From Lama guanicoe (Eukaryota): a stretch of 64,000 bases of DNA. A model generated the notes under the pieces. The model was not told where the DNA came from, made no database searches, and worked only from the letters and a program-made list of their open reading frames with translations. The stretch lies in NCBI GenBank assembly GCA_013239625.1, contig MU054323.1:15566029-15630028 (forward strand). The letters are read 5' to 3'. Positions 11,511 through 23,550 of the stretch are shown here, piece after piece. A program made the position numbers and the translations under genes. Position 1 is the stretch's first letter; each line of letters begins with the position of its first letter.

Positions 11511-13746
11511 AGACAGGCAACCTGGATGAGGTTTTGAAAGACAGAAAACGACTAAATCTGCTCTTAACGGTAAACTAGAATTTGTGCACTTGCTTAGTGG
11601 ATGGTATTGGATTGTGACTAGCTGTACAGCGCTGAGAACTCCCTGGGATGGGCTGTCGCCAGCAGTGTGCAGAACAAGCATTTCCACCCTTCCTCAAGAT
11701 AACTGACCAAGTGTTTTCTTAGAACCAAAGGTTTAAAAAGTTGCTAAGATGTATTTGCTTGTAATATAGCTGTAGAGATATTTGGGGGCGGGCTCAGTGA
11801 GTTTGGTTGGGGGAAAATGGGTGGGAGGGCGGTGTTAGGAAGACAAATTGGTCAGCTTGGCTCGGGGAGAAATCCGGTCAAATAAAAGTAGTCCCATGGC
11901 CCGGAGGATTTTTCTTTCCCTGTTGCTCAGAGACTGCACTGGTCACTGCAATGCTCAGGCCTGAACGAGCAGGAAAACAAACAAAGAGGCCTTGAGATCC
12001 AGCTGCCATTACCTTAGCCGAGCAGACACGCGCATCCGAGCCTCTGACAGCCACCCCAGGCCTAGAGCCACGCGTTTCTTTTCCAGACAGTCGCAGCTGC
12101 GGTAGGCGGTGAGGAAGCAAGAGAAGTGGGGTAGCGGCGTTTCTCTAAAGCGGGTGATTAAGGATATATATACAGTTACACTTTTTGCTGCTTTCTTTTT
12201 CTTCCAAGCCAGTCAGCCAGTTCCTAGCAGAGTCAGCCAGTGAACCCAAGACCCGAGTCATTTCTTGATGTGAGCACTGGAGCTTTCCTCACAGCAGCGT
12301 GGCAGGAAGGAGGAGGGGGTGAAGGGCACCAGGCATTCCCAGGGGCTATGCTTCCTTGTTTGCTGTTGCTTCGTTCTGTTCTCTCGTTGGTTGTTCATAG
12401 TTTTCATTGAAGCTCTAGCTTAAGAAGAAACTTTAAAAAAAAGACTGGGGATTTTTTTTTCCTTATTATATACTGATCCTACAAAATAGAAACTACTTCA
12501 TTTTAATTGTATATTATTCAAGCACCTTTGTTGAAGCTCAAAAAAAATTATGCCTCTTTAAACTTTAGCAATTATAGGAATATTTATGTAACTATCTTAT
12601 GCTTCAGAAAAACAAAAGTATTTGTGTGCATGTGTATATAATATATATATACATATATATTTATACACATACAATTTATGTTTTCCTGTTGAATGTATTT
12701 TTATGAGATTTTAACCAGAACAGACAAGCATTCCATATCAATGCTTTTGATCACTTACAAATTTTTGAATAACAAAATCTCATTCTACCTGCAGTTTAGT
12801 TAGGATGAGAGATGTGTGAGTGTGTGTGTGGGTGTAGGCATACGCCTTGAGCAGTCAGCATCGCATCTGCTATGGAGAAGGTATTCCTTTATTAAAATCT
12901 TCATTTGGATTTGCTTTCAGTTGGTTTTCAATTCGCTCACTGGCCAGAGACATTGATGGCAGTATTTCTGCATCCCTAATCAGCTCCTGGATTTTTTTTT
13001 TTTCAAACAACTGTTTGAAACAACTACTGGAATATTGTCCATAATAAGCTGGAAGTTTGTAGTTTGCCTCAGATATAACTGACTGTATACTATAGTGTTA
13101 ACTTTTCAAACAGCTCTTAGCACTTTTATACTAATTACCCATTTGTTGCATTGATTTTTCTTTTAAAAATGCTTGTGAAAGACACAGATACCCCAGTATG
13201 CTTAATGTGAAAAGAAAATGTGTTCTGTTTTGTAAAGGAACTTTCAAGTATTGTTGTAAATACTTGGACAGAGGTTGCTGAACTTTAAAAAAAAATTAAT
13301 TTATTATTATAATGACCTAATTTATTAATCTGAAGATTAACCATTTTTTTGTCTTAGAATATCAAAAAAAGGAAAAGAAAAAGGTGTTCTAGCTGTTTGC
13401 ATCAAAGAAAAAAAGATTTATTATCAAGGGGCAATATTTTTATCTATTTCCAAAATTTGTTAATATGATGTTACCAAAATAGATTTACATCAGCCTGATT
13501 AGTATAATTTTTGGTTGACAATTAATCCATTCCTGGCATAAAAAGTCTATAAAAAAATTGTAAATGCTTGCTTTTTTGTTTTTCAATCATGGCCATATTA
13601 TGAAAATACTAACAGGATTATAGGACAAGGTGTAAATTTTTTATTATTATTTTAAAGATATGATTTATCCTGAGTGCTGTATCTATTACTCTTTTACTTT
13701 GGTTCCTGTTGTGCTCTTGTAAAAGAAAAAATATAATTTCCTGAAG

Positions 13747-13752
13747 AATAAA
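13747..13752 (+). terminator. CRIM1: CRIM1 proximal polyadenylation signal AATAAA
   Basis: AATAAA with upstream TGTA elements and a downstream U-rich tract (tgttttgttttctt). Confidence 0.65.
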
Positions 13753-13808
13753 ATAGATCTATGGCACTTGGAGTGCACTGGAGTTCTACAGAATGTTTTG
13801 TTTTCTTC

Positions 13809-13830
13809 AAAAAAAAAAAAAAAAAAAAAA
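13809..13830 (+). repeat. A22 homopolymer
   Basis: Direct count. Confidence 0.95.
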
Positions 13831-13870
13831 GGCTGTAAGAGGATTACCTGCAATTTGGTTCTTGGCAGCA

Positions 13871-13876
13871 AATAAA
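13871..13876 (+). terminator. CRIM1: CRIM1 distal polyadenylation signal AATAAA
   Basis: Second AATAAA, 124 nt downstream of the first. Confidence 0.55.
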
Positions 13877-15014
13877 CACTTTGAATCTAAATCATCCAAT
13901 GTCACCTTGAAAAGGATTCCATGTCTAAGAAATGACTTATCGTCGTCAACGTTGTCAGTTCCATGAACCTCCAGCGTCACAAGCAGCCCTAGTGCTTCTC
14001 TCAGAAGGCAGGCTTTTCCCAAGGAATCCTTGTAAAAAACAGTGCCCCCCACCAGCCCCTCATTCCTACCCTCAAATGTGTGGCACAGGTATGCTTGCTG
14101 TGAGGGAAACTTAAACCTACCTGTCGCTGGTCAGAAGTCAGAAATGTGCTCATCCTGTCACTGTATCAAACTCATTCCTTGTGTAGGAGAAGGGTTGTGG
14201 TGGGAAACCCCTAGGGTTTTCCTGCTGAAGAAGAAAGAGTTTACCAAGCAAAATCCAGGAACATCATCAAAAGGGGACTTGGAGTTGAGTTGGTAGGAAA
14301 AAATATTTTTTCATCCACTTCAGATACATCAACTTTAAGAACTATGAACAGCACTGTTGAGTTTCAAAAAACATCTTTTCTGACTTTCATATGCCTCAAG
14401 TTGTGTTTCTTTCATTTAAGACAGTTTTTACAAATGCAGGTTAAATTATTAATATTAATTTTACTGTAGAAATACCCATCTTCAACAATTCAAGGGCAAG
14501 CGGCAAGTAAGTTCACTATAGAGTAAGACACTAGGCAAAAGGAGGAACCAGGTCAAGTTCCCCAGATCCCTAGAGAATGGCTGAAACGCCACGTTGATTG
14601 AACTCCAAACTCAGCCAGCGCCTTTGCAGCCCCGGTGTCCCAGTTCCTGAGCAGAGTGAGGAACGTGGACGGCTCCGTACGCCTGCAGCGGTTTACGTGG
14701 AATTTTTAAAGCCCCCGATAGCACATTCTGTACAGACTCGAATTACACTTACGTCGTCAATGAGACGAGGCTGTTGGGAATGTCTCTCAGACCCAGAAAA
14801 AACAGGACCCCAGCAGCATCCCACACCAGCTTAGCACGATCTGGAAAAAGTCTCTCCTGCCCATGCTTAGCATTACAAGGCTACTCGAGATTTCACCAGC
14901 CCACACCCTAGTGATGGACAGACAGTGCGTGGAACAGTAAGGGGAGGAGCCCAGCACCATAATCAAACATCAAAACACCAAAAACTCGAAAATAAAAATA
15001 AAGCTCTCAAGCAT

Positions 15015-15945
15015 TTATTACCTTTTTTTTTTCAACATTTATTAGATGGCATTGACTTGATTGGAACTGGCAAGTGTTTCATGACTACTGATGTATCCAT
15101 GAGTAGCTGTTTCTAGAATTAGTACTTCAGGAAAGCACACAGGCATGAATAGAATGTATCACAGTAACAGGAAATGGGAGATGCTGCAGCATACAATTTC
15201 TTAAGCACCTCAAAGGATATAAACTCCTTTTAAAGGACACTTCACAGACAAGTGAAATGAAATATTTAAACCTCTCAAACAAGATTCTAAAAGTGAATGG
15301 CATCTTAATGGTTAAGATTTGTGAACCACACAGCAACCTCAATCGAAATCAGTCATCTCCAACTGTGTCAATGTTTACTAAGTATTGAGCCAAAACAATG
15401 TGTTTTCTGGTTTCCTTTCTTCCAAGAACAGCCCGAGTTTTAAGTTTCTGTCTCTCTGGACAATACTGGTAGGTAATATTTATACTGACAATTCTCTTAT
15501 AAAAATCAGTGTTGGTTCTTGCCATCACTGAAGAATAGCTATAGTATAAATCTCTCAGTGCTTTAATCTGGTTCTTGAATGAGTGCAGCTTAAATCTAGA
15601 AAGCCATAAAAACTCTAGTGCACGTACTGTCAGTTAATGAAAAATATAACTGCACATGCATGATTAACATTGCTCCCCCTTACCCTACAAAGCTGTAGAA
15701 GAGTTTATAATTGTTAGTACTTAACAAAAAAAACCCATCTCTAGAATTCAGAATAGTGCTATGTTTCTCTTGGTTTAATATAAAGACTTGGAGAAGGCAT
15801 GATCTAGTAATACTGAATCACAAACCCAAGTTCAGGTGTCCTGAGTGTCCCACAGCAGGAAGGTAATGGAAGCCAGCTTTCAGAGTAATGCTACAGGAAG
15901 TCTAGCTTGTAGTCCACGAAAGATAAAGCTGTTCTTGATGCTGCC
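15015..15945 (-). other. FEZ2: FEZ2 3'UTR (end approximate)
   Basis: Lies between the TAG (15946-15948) and the AATAAA pair; AT-rich, no recognisable repeats. Confidence 0.75.
15038..15043 (-). terminator. FEZ2: FEZ2 polyadenylation signal AATAAA
   Basis: TTTATT on + at 15038-15043 (a second at 15014-15019), ~900 nt past the FEZ2 stop; followed on the - strand by U/GU-rich sequence. Confidence 0.7.
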
Positions 15946-15962
15946 CTATGTAGGACACAGAA
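15946..15962 (-). CDS. FEZ2: FEZ2 last coding exon (exon 8): (V)LCPT-stop
   Basis: Minus strand tcttcctctag|TT CTG TGT CCT ACA TAG; completes the FEZ/UNC-76 family C-terminus YILKVLCPT. Confidence 0.95.
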
Positions 15963-18435
15963 CTAGAGGAAGAAAAAGAGAACTTGTAAATAGAAATGTC
16001 TATTTTGTATGCATTTACACAAGATATATATATACACATACACACAAATACATTTTATATACATTTCACATGTATATAAAAACCCCATGAAGTAATGAGA
16101 ACTAAATATTAATGCAAGGATCTACAGTAGCAATTTTGTTAAGGGTTTAAAAGGCTATATCCAGCAATGAAAAGTTCTCTCAAGACACATGTATTAGAAT
16201 TGCCCAGAAATGAGATACCAAAAGGCCATGTCTCTTAGGGTCGCTATGTTGCTTAGAGATACAAGCCCATGTCGTCAGCTCTGTACCACGAGGCTCGTAA
16301 CACAGCCAACAGCTTCCCTGGTGAAGTCAAAGGAAGGGATCCACACAGCAGCAACCAGAGACGCACTCCTGGCCTTTGATGTGGCCGCTGTAGGGCCAGG
16401 CTGGCCAGGGGCTCTATAGGGTAATGAAGCAGGAGGTGTGAGAAAGAGAAGCTTAAGGAACCCTACATCATCCATCCCATCTTTCTCTGGCCAAATGAGG
16501 CCACTTTTCTTCCTTCCTTCACGTCTCACCTTCCCATTAAAATTAAGGTGGTACATTTTGGCAGCTGAGCCATCGTCACTGGCCTTGAAAACAGTAAGGA
16601 GAGAGTCCCATCGAGAGAGGAGCGGAGCTCTCCCTCCAGCAGTGCCATCTTCCCAGGCAATGTTCTGCTGGCCCCGAGGAAGAGAAACAGCTAAGGGCTG
16701 TGGGTTTCCAGGATGGGTGGAAAAGAGCAATGCAAATTGCCCTCCATCCTCACCTTCCCATGCACGTCCACACCTCAGAGCGTTACACTCCCCTCTAGGT
16801 TTCCTCGGGCTCCAGAGCCACCCTTCAGCCTGGACCCCAGCTTCTTTTCCACCCAGCCCTCAAGACACAAAGCAAGACGAAACCACGCCACGTGCACACA
16901 AGCAACTCGCCAGCAGCAAGGACGGTCTAGCTGGACGGGGGCTGGAAGGCGGGAGCCGAGCTGGGGGAGCGCTGCCTCCTCGGGGCACGTGGTGCAGGGC
17001 CAGTGATAGTCCCAGGTTTTCAGGGAGAAAAGTAAAAATCCCTTCCCCCTGGAGCACTCTGTTCTCTGGGTCATAAAATGCTTCCACGCAGCCCAGTGAT
17101 AAAACAGCTAGAGAATGCTTCGAAGCTTCTACTATCTCTGGCCCTCATGCCAGTGCGCTGGGGACCCACCATAATCAAAAATGAAGACATGTTCTTTATG
17201 TGCATCTCATTCCTGAGTCACATCTAGGAAGAACAAACCTCAGAACAATCCAGCTTTCATACCAAAGCTAGCACAACACAAAAGCAAACAAAGATGTCAA
17301 CTTTGGTTTCTTTGGTTCATTGTTTGTTTTTTGTTTTTGTTTTTTAATTTCATAATGCAATAGGGAGAAAAAGCTCTCCAACAGAAAAACACAGCTTATT
17401 AAAAAAAACAGTACTGTTAGTTTAGCCTTTTCTGCATCAGCCTCCTCGTGGTTGGCTCCCCGTCAGGTCTCTTGCAGGTGAGCCTTAGGACTATTCCCTT
17501 CGTGCTCCTGGCTACGCTAGCATTCCCTCTATGGATCTAAGACCGAAGAAAAGCACCCCCTCACCCCCACCTGCATTATCTCACGTCTCAGAAATCCCAG
17601 CCTTCCGTCCAGCTAGCAACTCCTGATGGAGAAGAGAGAACCCAAGAAGACGCGTGTTCCCAGAGGTCTGCCCTCAAACCTGTATCAAACTCTACACGAT
17701 GTGTTTTTGGATGCTTTGAAAATTTGTCGCCTTAAAAACTGCCACTGTTCAAGAAATAATTTCATTGAAAACTGTAAGTTTTGCATATATTTTTCAGTCC
17801 CTCTTTTATCATCCAAATTTTGTTCTTTCCTCGGCAAAGGAAGTGATCTCATCAAAGTCTCAAATGCTCTGCTTCATCCTACTACTCCCAGCCTGTGCGA
17901 TCTTGATCTTGCTCCTAAGATTTACAGCCCATTTTTTCACTGCTCTGGCTTCATGGAAAGTCCGTCCTTTTCCCTTTTCTCCCTCCCCTCCCAGTCCCTT
18001 ACCCTAGTCCTGATCATAGTCCCTCTGGGACTGTTCACTGATTTGACTGTCCCCTCCTTCATCCACCCTTCTCCTTCTCTTGTCCCCAGGGTGGCAGAGG
18101 CCACCTTTCTCAAGCCCTCCCAGTGTCCACACCTGAGACTCACAGAATTACAGCAGTATCTCCATACTACTTCTTCCACTGCCTTCCTCAATCTTTGTAA
18201 TCTAGCTCTGGAGATTACTTCCAGCCCAGGACCTCAAATAAAAATAACATTGTATATAACCACGCTTTATAATGTTGGGAGTGTAAGTCACGTTATATCT
18301 ATCCTCACCCTGCAAAATAAGAGGAATAAAAATTGTGCACATGGAAGTTACTTTTTTAATCTATTAGCAAGACGATACATTTATCGACTAATCAGAACTT
18401 CCAAACTTTTGCACACACACTATGCTACAGCTCAC

Positions 18436-18501
18436 CTTTCAGGATATAATCAGTTAACAAGCTCGGAACTTTTTCACTGTCCTCTCTCATGGCACGAAGA
18501 A
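18436..18501 (-). CDS. FEZ2: FEZ2 exon 7
   Basis: Acceptor tattttgcag| and donor AAAG|gtgag; 66 nt. Encodes (I)LRAMREDSEKVPSLLTDYILK. Confidence 0.96.
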
Positions 18502-19289
18502 CTGCAAAATAAAGAAGAAAGAAAAGGCAACAATTTCAAATTCAGGGCATTTCAATCATTGCAACTTTAATGTTAATTACGTGGTGTAACCAAGTCACGC
18601 AAACTGATTATTTTCTGGGTAAGAGACCACAAACTGCCGATGTTCAAGAATCTGTTACAGATGAATGTGTCCTTAATCAGCCAAGACTTACCCCAGCTAC
18701 CTCCGCGCATTTCCCTGGCTTAAAGTTGCTAAACAGTGGAGGCAGGAAAGAGGGAACTGGGTTATGTACACACAGCCTCAGTTTTGTCGCCACAAATACC
18801 GGCAAGCGGGTTACCACAACGCGCACTTCTCTGAGCTCAGGGGAACAGGAAGACCCGGGGCCACAGCCCTCATGAGCTGGAGACATTTCCGGGTAAATGA
18901 AGAGTTAGCTGTACACTCTCCAAGGAGCAATCTGTCGGCCTTCTTGGAAACTTCAGGAAAAAACCAGAATGAAGAACAGACTTCCGTAAAGCAAGCTGCC
19001 TGGCAGGCTGCCTGCTCCCGAGACTCCGGAGGGCCTGGGCGATGCAGTCTCACCCCAAAGAGAATCTCTGACAATTTGATCTCCAAGCAAAGACAAACAG
19101 AAGACACAGCTCCTGTTATCAGCGGTTTAAAAACACCCAGACCGCCCAGGTTCAGATGCTCTCACGAGGAACACTGCCCTCTCCCAGTGGCTGCAGCGCA
19201 AGCTCTCTCCAGAGCACCCTGGGGAAAGGCCTCCCTACTTCTCCCGGACGTAGACCAGGCGGCCTAGCGTAACTGTCAAACCAGCCTTC

Positions 19290-19500
19290 CTGCATGTGAA
19301 CCCCGGCCCTGCCGCCTCCTGGCAGTGGGACTTTGAGCACGTTACTTAACCACTCAGGGCACCCCGTTCCTCATCTGTAAAATGAGAATAATCATTAGAT
19401 GTGTCACACAAAGGTTTGTTGTGAATATTAAGTTACTAATTCAGATATAAAGGACTTAAAACACTGCCTGGCACATAATATATGCTACGGAAGCATTACC
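19290..19500 (+). mobile_element. MIR SINE
   Basis: gttacttaacc...ttcctcatctgtaaaatgagaataat...gttgtgaatattaag...actgcctggcacata, i.e. MIR core plus tail. Confidence 0.85.
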
Positions 19501-20759
19501 ATCCCTATTAACACAACTACTAGTACACGAATTCTCACTCCTATCATCATTACACCTCCAATAGCTCTTACAAGGAAAGCACATCTGAATGCTGACCATC
19601 TCCCCGGGGCTTCCCTGCTGGCTAACATCTATAGGTACAGGTGGCTCAGATCCTCCCCAAAGTTTTCAGGAGATAACCACTTTTTCTTAACCTTCCAAAG
19701 TAAAGGTCATCCTTCCACCTAATGCCTTCACAATGATCCCATCCTCACAACTAAATTAACTGGGACACACGTTCACACACCCTACACGTGTGCTCACCCC
19801 AAAATCCACGTTTACACATCCTACACGTGTGCACCCCAAAATTCCAAACTGTGTCAGTCTACGAAGACATCATCTAAGAACCGGCCGAGGACGTTTTGAT
19901 GTGGGAACCATTATGACTTTGGTTCGGCTAAGGACAGGTTTGTCCTTGATCGGAAAAGCTGAGGTCCCTGAGTAATTCCTGGCTTCTAGGCAATATTTAT
20001 GCCCCCTTCTTAGAGGGATACTATGTTTGGTATTTCTGCTTCCAATCGTGTTCTAGATTCGTTTTCAGTTCTTCATAAAATCACATACCAAAAGCCAGCA
20101 TTATTACAAAGAACGATGGACTGAGAAGTACGAGATGCAGCCCTGGAGCTGACCATTCCCCTGTGTGATCTTGGACACTCAGCTTCGTGAGTTCTTTCCG
20201 AAAAGCAGAGGGCTGGCCTCCCAGTTAATCTCTTCATTCCTTATTTTAGACAGGCTGGCATTGCGTTAAGTATAAAATGTTTCAAAAAGTACTGTTCCCC
20301 AGAGAAAAAAAATAAAAGCCTCAGGTGAGCAGGCAGGCAGCTTGCAAACAGGACACACTTCTTTCCTCGTGCCCCCTGACCCACACCTCCACACTTTCGA
20401 TTTCCAAAATCAGTATCAGCATCAACACCCACTCATGTGATGCTCTCATTCAGCTCTCTTTAATTAATACTTACCACAAACTGTTACAATCAGAAAGATC
20501 AGCAAATTCAATCCCTTCAAAAAAAAGACGAGGCTGAGTGACTGGCTCACCCCAAATCACACATACATTAATTTATTTACTATGAGGTAAACAGAACAAA
20601 TATTGTCATCCTCACTTTTCACTGTGACCACGAGAGGGTAAATGACTTCCAAGTACATCCCTATAAACAAGAGGGACGGAATTGGAATCCAGCGCTCCTT
20701 TCTGGCTATCACAAATATATATTATATTGAATGTCTCTGAAGTCCAGCAAATTATTTTG

Positions 20760-20880
20760 AAATGCAAGCCCTTTGAAAGTGAAGTTATTTTTGTCTGCTT
20801 TGTTCACAGAAGTATCCCAAGTGCCCAGGATGTGGCCTGGCACAGAGCAGGCCTTCATTAAATATTTACCGAATGAATGT
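20760..20880 (+). mobile_element. L2 3' end
   Basis: ttgttcacagaagtatcccaagtgcc..gcctggcacagagcagg..taaatattt..gaatgaatg. Confidence 0.75.
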
Positions 20881-21333
20881 TCTTAAAATATTACTATCAA
20901 TTTATGTTCTACCTGTAACTACCTACCTGGGGGGTCTAAGTTCCTAAGAAAGCAGTGTTTCAGGCCATACTGCTCCTCAGTCTCTCCTATTGAGTTACTG
21001 ACAGTCATACTGATACAAGATCCACAAGGAACTTTATGTTTGAGAACATAACCATTTATCAATAAAGAGGTGATGGAAAATTAAGTTACATTTTTCCCCC
21101 CAAGATTTCAACTTGTAATTTTTCTTTTTTTTTACCTTTTGAAAAACAGAAAAAAATAAAATCAACACAGATTTAGTGTTGTGTTTATTGTCACTACCAT
21201 TTATGGTTTCATTCTTTACTATCCTAAATTGACAAAAACAACACAATAACAGCAACAAACCCAGCCAACTAAAATTAGTATTTAGGATCAGCAAAAGTAA
21301 ATAAAGTAACAGTTTACTTTTGTCTTTGCTTAC

Positions 21334-21409
21334 TTTTCGTTAATATTTGAAGGTCCTCAACAGATGGCGGTCCGTTTTTTTTCTCATAAGGAATGACCGT
21401 TGTCAAGTA
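21334..21409 (-). CDS. FEZ2: FEZ2 exon 6
   Basis: Acceptor ttttaacttgacag| and donor AAAA|gtaagc; 76 nt. Encodes YLTTVIPYEKKNGPPSVEDLQILTK. Confidence 0.96.
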
Positions 21410-23550
21410 CTGTCAAGTTAAAAAAAAAAAGTCACTTAAATCTGAATTACCTTTTCTGCAAAAATCTGATATAGTTACTAGGTCTGTTTTACAAGGTGAC
21501 ATGAGTCACTTCATAATGAACACAGGTATCTTACTATCTCAAATGGAGCTCACTGCTTTGCCCACCACTATCTCATACAAGCCGAGTGTTAACATAAATA
21601 TCCATTTTTTCGCCTTTCAGTTATTGAAAATTTCACAGGAGTAGGTCTGAGTGTTATCTGTCCAATTTGTTCATTTTTAAAGTGAAGTCTTATCTAACCT
21701 CCTTGCATATTTCAACACATTTTAAAAATGGTAATTTAAACTAAAAACAACCATTCTGCATAACAAAACAGTTCCCCACAGTCAAATAGTTCTGTTTCAG
21801 ATCACTTCTGGTTGAATAAAATAGTCACATGAAAAACTTGATAACTTTAAAAATGCAGACCAGCCTTCTCCTGAAGCTAACAAAGACACTTACCTAAATG
21901 ATTTTAGAGGTGTATTACTATTATGATTTTAAATTATTGTGTTAAGTAGTTATAAATGTTTAAAGGTATTAAAGGAGAAAGTGAAAGGAGAGAATGGCCT
22001 ATTGATGAAAATTCATGTCTGATATTGAGACAAACTGCCTAGTTTGCTACTGTAAATGTTCAAAAACATCAGTTATGTCCTATAACTACGTCTCATGAAA
22101 GCATAATCTAAAAATTATTGTCCAGATTCTCCTATTCTGGCCACTCCATCAAAAAATGTAGAGTTCAGTGCAGCCTGCACATGCTTATCTAGAGATGACT
22201 GGATGTCACTTGGCATCTCTCCGGACCCACCCATTACTTAGCCCCTGCCCTGATCTCAGCTCTGTTCCTCATCTGCTTGGAGTAATTTCATCCCACTCAA
22301 AAAAAAAAAACAAAAACAGAATAGCTCAACAATAACTGGTTCCAATGAACTGTTCAATCTTTAGGAAACTTAAGTTCCACCTTCTTTTTGGTGTGAGCTT
22401 CTCCACGGTGATGCCATTTGTAGAACTGAGTAGGTTTCTTTGTCAAGAATACCCAAGATGCTACTAACGAGCCCTCCTGGGGCCCTGCTGATAGCACGCC
22501 CGTCGGGCAACCCGGAGAAGCATCAGGCAGCCACGTCTTGGCACGCACGCTGCCTGGCCACAGGTCCAGGCCTTCCCGCCCCGCTCCCGCGTGCTGGGTC
22601 AGTTTGGAAGATATTCTGCTATCCTGTGGGCTTGAGAGAGGTGAGAGGCACCAGAATAAAATAAAAACTCAACCTTCATGGAGCTCACTTACGAGCTGCA
22701 AGTATCAGTGTGAAGGATCATTTAAAGTCAGTTTTTTCCCTTCCTGAGTAACACAGAACCACCTGCAGTAAAAACCTAGGCTCAAATGCCTTCTGCTGGT
22801 TAGTGCCCGCCAGCTACACTCTGCACACTCTCCCAGTCCTCACATAAGAACTAAATTGAAGAGTTTTCTTTTTGAAGTGAAAGTTTCAAGTTGTGAACAG
22901 TAATTGAAGGACACTCAGTGTAGATGTGCCTCCCCCGTCCGTGACACTCCCTAAAGCATTCAAAAAATGTTAATAAAGAGTAAACTGCTCCACATTTGAC
23001 TGTATGTTTAGACCCATGTATGATTCTGTATAAATAATGTCTCGTGCCTCATTCAGCAGACAACTGAGTTTGCTGACCACATGATTCACCTTCAAAACAC
23101 ATAAATTTCATTTAAAAATAGGTAAGGTGTACTCTATAGAACTCTAGTCTAAAAGAGACCAACACCTGGCATTCTCCCCCCACAAAAGAGTTTGTTTCTC
23201 AGACCTTAAGAGTTAGAGTAGCACATTCTAGTTCAGTTATTTTTACAATTTATATTCTGTACATGCAATTCATTAAGTCAATATGTTAATACTGACTTGT
23301 TTAAAGGTAAGGGTGAAATACAGAGCTCTAAAGCATGTATTAAGAATGCATTTAGTCTGTTGTGCACTTTGAAAAATGCTTTTTTAAAGGGAAATTCTAT
23401 GCATTATCAAGGCTATAAATATAATGAACTTTTGTTTCCCTCTTTTAAGCAATAGTCTCAGTACATCAGTGAAACTGCCAGTTCTCAGGACCTTCACTTA
23501 CGCAGAGAATGAAAAAGCAGAGAATGAGGAAAATAAGGATAACCGAGCAC

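Larger units (their letters stand above)
11511..13895 (+). other. CRIM1: CRIM1 3'UTR (end approximate)
   Basis: Follows the stop codon; long AU-rich stretch with no recognisable repeats, ending at AATAAA signals at 13747 and 13871. Confidence 0.8.

Noticed and set aside
16438..17076. 212-aa + strand ORF in FEZ2 intron 7
   Set aside because: It starts at GTG in GC-rich sequence with overlapping ORFs in several frames, and has no recognisable homology.
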